From Mycolicibacterium smegmatis (GTDB lineage Bacteria; Actinomycetota; Actinomycetes; Mycobacteriales; Mycobacteriaceae), in contig NZ_LN831039.1 of NCBI RefSeq assembly GCF_001457595.1, positions 5,490,001 through 5,522,000 of the forward strand: a stretch of 32,000 nt of DNA, read 5' to 3'. This document shows, piece after piece, positions 25,721-32,000 of this stretch (position 1 is the stretch's first letter; every line of letters starts with the position of its first letter). The notes under the pieces are model-generated. The model had not been told where the DNA came from. It saw nothing but the letters and a program-made list of their open reading frames with translations, and did no database searches. The translations under genes were made by a program, and so were the position numbers.

Positions 25721-26356
25721 TCACTCCTCGTGCAGCACCGGATTCGACTCGAGATGCGTCAGGCCGTTCCAGGCCAGGTTCACCACGTGCGCGGCTACCA
25801 CCTCTTTAGATGGTTCGCGCACGTCAAGCCACCACTGCGCGGTCATGGACACCGAACCGACCAGCGCCTGGGCGTACAGCGGCGCGAGATCGGGGTCCAG
25901 CCCGCGGCGGGAGAAGTCCCCAGCCAGGATCGACGAAACCTGGTTGACGGCGTCATTGAGCAGCGTCGCGTACGTGCCCGACGTGATGGCGGCCGGGGAA
26001 TCGCGGATGAGGATGCGGAACCCGTCGGTGTGCTCCTCGACGTAGGTGAGCAGCGCGAGCGCGACACGCTCGACACGGACCCGCGAGCGGTTGTTGGTCA
26101 GCGACGACGTGATGCCCTGCAGCAGCGCCGACATCTCACGGTCCACGACGACGGCGTACAGACCTTCCTTACCGCCGAAGTGCTCGTAGACGACGGGTTT
26201 CGACACGTTGGCGCGTTGGGCGACCTCTTCTATCGAGGTACCGTCGTAGCCACGCTCGGCGAACAGCGACTTGGCGATCTCGATCAGTTGTTGCCGCCGC
26301 TCGCTGCCGGTCATGCGGGCACGAGGGGCACGCACTTCCTTGTCGGGTGCTGCCAC
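25721..26356 (-). CDS. TetR-family transcriptional regulator (Rv1019 homologue)
   Basis: The HTH is RRQQLIEIAKSLFAERGYDGTSIEEVAQRANVSKPVVYEHFGGKEGLY. GTG start at 26356; ATG at 26314 (MTGSERR) is an alternative. Confidence 0.85.
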   Translation of the reverse strand: MAAPDKEVRAPRARMTGSERRQQLIEIAKSLFAERGYDGTSIEEVAQRANVSKPVVYEHFGGKEGLYAVVVDREMSALLQGITSSLTNNRSRVRVERVALALLTYVEEHTDGFRILIRDSPAAITSGTYATLLNDAVNQVSSILAGDFSRRGLDPDLAPLYAQALVGSVSMTAQWWLDVREPSKEVVAAHVVNLAWNGLTHLESNPVLHEE

Positions 26357-26398
26357 GCGTACAGGCTAGCCCCTTCGACTAAAGTCTCTGGCGGACAT

Positions 26399-26470
26399 TC
26401 CGTCGTGGTGTAATCGGCAGCACCTCTGATTTTGGTTCAGATAGTTCAGGTTCGAGTCCTGGCGACGGAG
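26399..26470 (+). tRNA. glnU: tRNA-Gln (anticodon UUG)
   Basis: Hand-folded cloverleaf. Acceptor TCCGTCG / CGACGGA. D arm GTGT-AATCGGCA-GCAC. Anticodon arm TCTGA-TTTTGGT-TCAGA. T arm TCAGG-TTCGAGT-CCTGG. Discriminator G. CCA is not encoded. Confidence 0.85.
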
Positions 26471-26559
26471 CATCATTGCCGCAACAGCCCGCGTGGCTTT
26501 GCGTATCGATTCCGCAAGTCGCGACGCCCACCGCACACTCGGAAGAGCAGGGAGGCCTG

Positions 26560-28008
26560 ATGACCGCATCAACCGAGGCCGCGGTTGTGGTTCTCGCCGC
26601 CGGAGCCGGCACGCGCATGCGCTCCGACACCCCGAAAGTTCTGCACACGCTGGCCGGGCGCGGCATGCTCGCCCACGTCCTGCACACCGTCAGCGAGATC
26701 GACGCGCGCCACCTCGTCGTGGTCCTCGGCCACGACCGTGAACGCATCGCTCCCGAGGTCGCGCGGCTCAGCGAGGAACTGGGCCGTGCGATCGACGTCG
26801 CCGTGCAGGACCAGCAACTGGGCACCGGCCACGCCGTGAACTGCGGCCTGACCGCGCTGCCCCACGATTTCGCGGGCATGGTCGTGGTGACCTCGGGCGA
26901 CGTGCCGCTGCTGGACACCGCGACTCTCACCGGTCTTATCACCAGCCACGGCAGCGGCGACGCGGCGGCGACCGTGCTGACCACGACGCTGCCGGACCCG
27001 ACGGGCTACGGCCGCATCCTGCGCACACAGGACCACGAGATCATCGGCATCGTCGAACAGGCCGACGCGACCGAGTCGCAGCGCACCATCTGCGAGGTCA
27101 ACACCGGCGTCTACGCGTTCGATATTGCCGACCTGCGCTCGGCGCTGACCCGGCTGCGCTCCGACAACGCCCAGCACGAGCTGTACCTGACCGACGTCGT
27201 GGAGATCCTGCGCCAGGACCACCGCACGGTACGGGCCCTGCACGTCGACGACAGCGCCCTGGTCACCGGGGTCAACGACCGTGTCCAGCTGTCCGACCTG
27301 GGCAAGGTGCTCAACCGCCGCATCGTCGCGGCCCACCAGCGCGCCGGGGTGACCATCATCGATCCGGGCAGCACGTGGATCGACATCGACGTCCAGATCG
27401 GCCAGGACACCGTTGTGCACCCGGGAACCCAACTGCTCGGTGCAACGCGCGTCGGCTCGCACTGCGTCATCGGACCCGATACGACGCTGACGCACGTCAC
27501 GGTCGGTGACGGCGCGTCGGTGGTGCGCACCCACGGCAGCGAATCGGTGATCGGCGCGGGCGCCACCGTGGGACCGTTCACCTATCTGCGGCCGGGCACC
27601 AACCTGGGTGCCGACGGCAAGCTCGGCGCGTTCGTCGAGACCAAGAACTGCACGATCGGCACGGGCACCAAGGTGCCGCACCTGACCTACGTCGGCGACG
27701 CCGACATCGGCGAGTACAGCAACATCGGCGCGTCGAGTGTCTTCGTCAACTACGACGGCGAGAACAAGAGCCGAACGACGATTGGGTCACATGTCCGAAC
27801 CGGATCGGACACCATGTTCGTGGCACCGGTCACGGTCGGCGACGGCGCCTACACCGGCGCGGGAACGGTTTTGCGCGACGACGTTCCGCCCGGCGCGTTG
27901 GCCGTCTCCGCAGGTCCGCAGCGCAATATCGAGGGCTGGGTGGCGAAGAAGCGGCCGGGCTCGGCGGCCGACAAGGCTGCCCGCAAGGCGTTGGGCGACG
28001 AGAGCTGA
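26560..28008 (+). CDS. glmU: Bifunctional GlcNAc-1-phosphate uridyltransferase / GlcN-1-phosphate acetyltransferase
   Basis: The N-terminus is [20 protein letters not shown], followed by left-handed beta-helix hexapeptide repeats in the C-terminal half. ATG 26560 is preceded by GGGAGG. Confidence 0.95.
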   Translation: MTASTEAAVVVLAAGAGTRMRSDTPKVLHTLAGRGMLAHVLHTVSEIDARHLVVVLGHDRERIAPEVARLSEELGRAIDVAVQDQQLGTGHAVNCGLTALPHDFAGMVVVTSGDVPLLDTATLTGLITSHGSGDAAATVLTTTLPDPTGYGRILRTQDHEIIGIVEQADATESQRTICEVNTGVYAFDIADLRSALTRLRSDNAQHELYLTDVVEILRQDHRTVRALHVDDSALVTGVNDRVQLSDLGKVLNRRIVAAHQRAGVTIIDPGSTWIDIDVQIGQDTVVHPGTQLLGATRVGSHCVIGPDTTLTHVTVGDGASVVRTHGSESVIGAGATVGPFTYLRPGTNLGADGKLGAFVETKNCTIGTGTKVPHLTYVGDADIGEYSNIGASSVFVNYDGENKSRTTIGSHVRTGSDTMFVAPVTVGDGAYTGAGTVLRDDVPPGALAVSAGPQRNIEGWVAKKRPGSAADKAARKALGDES

Positions 28009-28109
28009 TCCGACGTCTCCCGTTGGCAATCTGGTAACCCGGTCACGAGCATCCCGAAACGCTACGTACCATTGCCCCGTATCGATTCCCGACCGCGAAG
28101 GCAGCCAAA

Positions 28110-29090
28110 GTGGCCACGGACTGGACCGACAATCGCAAAAACTTGATGCTGTTCGCGGGTCGCGCGCACCCCGAGCTGGCTGACCAAGTTGCCAAAGAAC
28201 TCGACGTGGCCGTCACCGCGCAAACGGCACGGGATTTCGCCAACGGTGAGATCTTCGTCCGCTTCGACGAATCCGTCCGTGGCTGTGACGCATTCGTGCT
28301 GCAGAGCCATCCGGCGCCGCTGAACCAGTGGCTCATGGAACAGCTGATCATGATCGACGCGCTCAAGCGTGGCAGCGCCAAGCGCATCACCGCGATCCTG
28401 CCGTTCTATCCCTACGCCCGGCAGGACAAGAAGCACCGCGGCCGCGAACCCATCTCGGCCCGCCTCGTCGCGGACCTGCTCAAGACCGCGGGCGCCGACC
28501 GCATCGTGTCGGTCGACCTGCACACCGACCAGATCCAGGGCTTCTTCGACGGCCCGGTGGACCACATGCGCGCGCAGAAGCTGCTCACCGGCTACATCGG
28601 CGAGCACTACGCCGACGAGGACATGGTGGTGGTGTCCCCCGATTCGGGCCGCGTGCGTGTCGCCGAGAAGTGGGCCGACTCGCTGGGCGGTGTTCCGCTG
28701 GCCTTCATCCACAAGACGCGTGACCCGCTGGTCCCCAACCAGGTCAAGTCGAACCGCGTCGTGGGTGACGTCAAGGGCAAGACCTGCATCCTCACCGACG
28801 ACATGATCGACACGGGCGGCACGATCGCCGGCGCGGTCAACCTGCTGCGTGAGGACGGCGCCAAGGACGTCATCATCGCCGCGACGCACGGCGTGCTGTC
28901 GGATCCCGCCCCGCAGCGGCTCGCCGAATGCGGCGCACGCGAGGTGATCGTCACCAACACGCTGCCCATCACCGAGGACAAGCGCTTCCCGCAGCTCACG
29001 GTGCTCTCCATCGCACCGCTTCTGGCCAACACCATCCGGGCCGTGTTCGAGAACGGTTCGGTGACAGGACTGTTCGACGGGTCTGCATAA
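28110..29090 (+). CDS. prsA: Ribose-phosphate pyrophosphokinase
   Basis: ATDWTDNRKNLMLFAGRAHPELADQVAKEL... is close to the mycobacterial PrsA N-terminus as recalled. The PRPP-binding loop is CILTDDMIDTGGT. GTG start. Confidence 0.95.
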   Translation: MATDWTDNRKNLMLFAGRAHPELADQVAKELDVAVTAQTARDFANGEIFVRFDESVRGCDAFVLQSHPAPLNQWLMEQLIMIDALKRGSAKRITAILPFYPYARQDKKHRGREPISARLVADLLKTAGADRIVSVDLHTDQIQGFFDGPVDHMRAQKLLTGYIGEHYADEDMVVVSPDSGRVRVAEKWADSLGGVPLAFIHKTRDPLVPNQVKSNRVVGDVKGKTCILTDDMIDTGGTIAGAVNLLREDGAKDVIIAATHGVLSDPAPQRLAECGAREVIVTNTLPITEDKRFPQLTVLSIAPLLANTIRAVFENGSVTGLFDGSA

Positions 29091-29438
29091 ATGGCGTCAG
29101 ACGCACGGATCTACCACAACCCCAAATGCTCGACGTCGCGCAAGACGCTGGAGCTGTTGCGCGACAACGGCATCGAGCCGGAGATCATCCAGTATCTGAA
29201 GACCCCGCCCACCCGGGCGGAGCTGAAGAAGATGATCGCCGACGCGGGCATCGACGTGCGCACCGCGGTGCGCAAGCGCGAATCCCTCTACGCCGAACTC
29301 GGTTTGGCCGATGCAACGGACGAGCAGTTGCTCGACGCTCTTGCCCAGCACCCGATCCTGATCGAGCGCCCGTTCGTCGTCACGGCAAAAGGCACCCGGC
29401 TCGCCCGGCCGATCGATTCGGTGAACGAGATTCTGTGA
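29091..29438 (+). CDS. arsC: ArsC-family (glutaredoxin-type arsenate reductase / Spx-YffB superfamily) protein
   Basis: 115 aa. IYHNPKCSTSRKTLELL matches the R773 ArsC active-site segment IYHNPACGTSRNTLEMI. The ATG directly abuts the prsA TAA. Confidence 0.8.
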   Translation: MASDARIYHNPKCSTSRKTLELLRDNGIEPEIIQYLKTPPTRAELKKMIADAGIDVRTAVRKRESLYAELGLADATDEQLLDALAQHPILIERPFVVTAKGTRLARPIDSVNEIL

Positions 29439-30091
29439 GGCGGTCGCGGGCCGTGACGATCGTCGCTGCCGTCATGTCCGTACTGACGGTGGCTGCGTGT
29501 GGTGCGGAAACGCCCGACTACCAGTCGATCTGGACGACGACCACGACCACAACCACAACCCCGTCGGGTGAGCCGCCCGTCCCGCTGTGGCAGCACCTGG
29601 AGAGCAACGGCATCGTCGGGGAACCCGTCGCGCCGGAGAAGATCCCCGATCTGACCGTCAGCATGCCCACGCCACCGGGCTGGCACCCGTACAACAATCC
29701 GAACCTGGCGCCGTTCACCCGGATGATCGCCAAGGGCGACACCTACCCGACGGCGATGCTGCTCGCGTTCAAGCTCTACGGCGACTTCGACGTCAAGGCG
29801 GCGCTGCGCGACCACGGCTACGCCGATGCGCAGCTGTCGGAGAACTTCAAGCAGCTCAACGCCTCTCTGGACGACTGGCGCGGCTTCCCGTCGGCGATGA
29901 TCGAGGGCAGCTACGACCTCAACGGCCGGCGGATGCAGTCCTACAACCGCGTCGTCATCCCCACCACCGAGCAGGCTCCCCCACAGCGCTACCTGATCCA
30001 GCTGACCGTCACCACCTACGCCGAACAGGCCGAGGCGCAGGCAGAGGACATCGAGGCGATCATCGCGGGTTTCACCGTCGCGAAGAAGTAA
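29435..30091 (+). CDS. lpqT: LpqN/LpqT-family lipoprotein
   Basis: GTG 29435 overlaps the arsC stop (GTGA). Signal peptide plus lipobox (VLTVAAC), then a run of nine Thr, then a globular domain. Synteny with Rv1016c. Confidence 0.8.
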   Translation: MRRSRAVTIVAAVMSVLTVAACGAETPDYQSIWTTTTTTTTTPSGEPPVPLWQHLESNGIVGEPVAPEKIPDLTVSMPTPPGWHPYNNPNLAPFTRMIAKGDTYPTAMLLAFKLYGDFDVKAALRDHGYADAQLSENFKQLNASLDDWRGFPSAMIEGSYDLNGRRMQSYNRVVIPTTEQAPPQRYLIQLTVTTYAEQAEAQAEDIEAIIAGFTVAKK

Positions 30092-30120
30092 GACGCCAGC
30101 GAAGTCGTTAGGGTGACGAC

Positions 30121-30993
30121 ATGACGCAGTGGACCAGTGCTGATCTCCCCTCGTTCCGCGGCCGCACCGTCGTGATCACCGGAGCCAACAGCGGGCTCGG
30201 ACTCGTCACCGCACGAGAACTCGCGCGTGTGGGCGCCAAGGTCATCGTCGCCGTCCGCAATCTCGACAAAGGCACCGCGGCTGCCGAGACCATGCCGGGC
30301 GGCATCGTCGAGGTGCGCAAACTCGATCTGCAGGACCTCGCGTCGGTGCACGAGTTCGCCGACACCGTCGAGACCGTCGATGTCCTGGTGAACAACGCCG
30401 GCATCATGGCGGTGCCGCTCGCGCGCACAGTCGACGGCTTCGAGAGCCAGATCGGCACCAACCACCTGGGCCACTTCGCGCTCACCAACCTGCTGCTGCC
30501 CAAGATCTCCGACCGTGTGGTCACGGTGTCGTCGATGATGCACTGGATCGGCCGCATCAACCTGCGCGACCTCAACTGGAAGGCACGGCCCTACTCGGCG
30601 TGGCTGGCCTACGGACAGTCCAAGCTCGCGAACCTGATGTTCACCTCGGAACTGCAACGCCGCCTCGTCGCCTCCGGGTCGTCGGTGCGCGCGCTGGCCG
30701 CCCACCCTGGCTATTCGGCCACCAACCTGCAGGGACACTCGGGCAACCGGTTCGGAACCGCGGCGGCCGCGCTGGGAAACCGGCACCTGGCCACCGACGT
30801 CACGTTCGGTGCCCGCCAGACGCTGTACGCGGTGTCTCAGGACCTGCCCGGCGACACCTTCGTCGGTCCCCGGTTCGGGCAGTGGGGACCCACCGGATCT
30901 GTCGGCCGCAGCCCCCTGGCGCGTCGCACCGACACCCAGCGGGCGCTGTGGGAGCTGTCCGAGCAGCTCACCGGCACCTCATACCCGCTCTGA
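30121..30993 (+). CDS. Short-chain dehydrogenase/reductase (classical SDR, retinol-dehydrogenase-like)
   Basis: TGANSGLG cofactor motif, NNAG, and catalytic S...YxxSK (YGQSK). Confidence 0.85.
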   Translation: MTQWTSADLPSFRGRTVVITGANSGLGLVTARELARVGAKVIVAVRNLDKGTAAAETMPGGIVEVRKLDLQDLASVHEFADTVETVDVLVNNAGIMAVPLARTVDGFESQIGTNHLGHFALTNLLLPKISDRVVTVSSMMHWIGRINLRDLNWKARPYSAWLAYGQSKLANLMFTSELQRRLVASGSSVRALAAHPGYSATNLQGHSGNRFGTAAAALGNRHLATDVTFGARQTLYAVSQDLPGDTFVGPRFGQWGPTGSVGRSPLARRTDTQRALWELSEQLTGTSYPL

Positions 30994-31151
30994 CGTTTTG
31001 GGCCGGGCGGAGTTTCTTTGCTACCCTGACCAGGCGTCACGGCGAGGGTGGACCTTGATGGACCACCGTTATCGACGGGAACTTCTTCTAAGTGTTGCGA
31101 CCCTGGCCGTGCTGACGAACCGAGTACAGGGACTATCAGGAGCAACACCCC

Positions 31152-31799
31152 ATGGCCAAGACCGCCAACATCCCCAACAAGCTGACCGCCAACGTGCGCA
31201 CCCGCACCGGCAAGGGCGCCTCGCGCCAGGCCCGTCGCGACGGCAAGGTGCCCGCCGTGCTGTACGGCCACGGCACCGATCCGCAGCACCTGGAGCTCAA
31301 CGCCCGCGACTTCGCGGCCGTCCTGCGCAGCCACGGCACCAACGCGATCCTGACCCTGGACATCGAGGGCACCGAGCAGCTCGCGCTGACCAAGGCGCTC
31401 GACGTTCACCCCATCCGCCGCAACATCCAGCACGCAGACCTGCTCGTCGTGCAGCGCGGCGAAAAGGTCACCGTCGAGGTGACCGTCCTCGTCGAGGGTG
31501 ACGCGACCCCGGGCACCCTGGTCACCCAGGACGCCAACACCATCGAGATCGAGGCCGAGGCCCTGTCGATCCCCGAGCAGCTCACCGTGTCGGTCGAGGG
31601 TGTCGAGGCCGGCACCCAGATCACCGCGGGCCAGATCTCGCTGCCCGAGGGCGTCAACCTGATCTCGGATCCCGAGCTGCTGGTGGTCAACGTCGTCGAG
31701 GCCCCGAGCGCCGAGGCTCTCGAGGAAGAAGGCGCCGGCGAGACCGGTGCTGCCGAGGCCCCGGCCGAAGAGGCTCCCGCCGAAGAGCCGGCCGAGTAA
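31152..31799 (+). CDS. rplY: 50S ribosomal protein L25 / general stress protein Ctc
   Basis: [24 protein letters not shown] is the L25 N-terminal signature, followed by an acidic Ala/Glu-rich C-terminal tail. It sits upstream of pth, as in Rv1015c-Rv1014c. Confidence 0.95.
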
Positions 31800-31811
31800 G
31801 GCCTTTCCTGG

Positions 31812-32000
31812 ATGGCCGAGCCACTGCTGGTGGTGGGCCTGGGAAATCCCGGGCCCACCTATGCCAAGACCCGGCACAACCTCGGCTTCATGGTGGCCGA
31901 CGTGCTCGCCGGGCGGATCGGCTCAGCGTTCAAGGTGCACAAGAAGTCCGGCGCCGAGGTGGTGACGGGCCGGTTGGCAGGCACCTCCGTGGTGCTCGCC
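31812..32000 (+). CDS. pth: Peptidyl-tRNA hydrolase, 3' end cut by the window edge
   Basis: ATG 31812. The product [32 protein letters not shown] carries the Pth signature GLGNPG..Y..TRHN.GF. The frame stays open to base 32000. It is not in the ORF track because it has no stop in the window. Confidence 0.9.
   Translation, partial: MAEPLLVVGLGNPGPTYAKTRHNLGFMVADVLAGRIGSAFKVHKKSGAEVVTGRLAGTSVVLA

Noticed and set aside
30994-31151. 158-nt leader upstream of rplY, checked for a ribosomal-protein leader, riboswitch or small ORF
   Set aside because: I could not find a convincing conserved stem-loop by eye. The only ATG-initiated frame (31058) belongs to a spurious Arg-rich ORF.

Overview
High-GC actinobacterial chromosome. 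Gene order and protein sequences match the mycobacterial pth-rplY-lpqT-prsA-glmU-tetR-mfd-mazG-lpqU-eno-ftsB-DUF501-ppx2 block (Rv1014c-Rv1026 in M. tuberculosis, here inverted), and the organism looks closest to Mycolicibacterium smegmatis; this assignment is from memory, no search was run. About two thirds of the window is conserved housekeeping: eno, ftsB-like, DUF501, ppx2, lpqU, mazG, mfd, TetR, tRNA-Gln(UUG), glmU, prsA, lpqT, rplY and pth. Three accessory segments interrupt it. (1) Bases 1.3-8.1 kb form a metal island. It holds a P1B-4 Co/Ni ATPase divergent from an NmtR-type ArsR sensor. Next comes a 32-codon Cys/His-rich ORF that is absent from the ORF track and is closed by two stem-loops. 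After that lies a tightly coupled five-gene membrane cluster: ZIP-like permease, Lgt paralogue with an altered catalytic motif, Pro-rich 4-TM protein, a radical-SAM enzyme with a rubredoxin-like N-terminus and extra Cys clusters, and an 86-aa TM protein. This cluster is my best candidate for an undescribed system, possibly radical-SAM modification of a membrane lipid or lipoprotein and possibly metal-linked. (2) At 8.3-9.3 kb an MPT63-like secreted domain is fused to a long acidic Ala/Pro/Thr/Glu tail. (3) At 13.6-21.05 kb, between lpqU and mazG, sit efeUOB and a 992-aa secreted protein. That protein has a PE-PPE-type pseudo-hydrolase core and a Lys-rich tail, and it is bracketed by two copies of a CGCGAGTGTGAA...TTCACACTCGCG palindromic repeat. 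I saw no CRISPR arrays, rRNA genes, transposases or integrases. The many long ORFs antisense to real genes are GC-driven artefacts.
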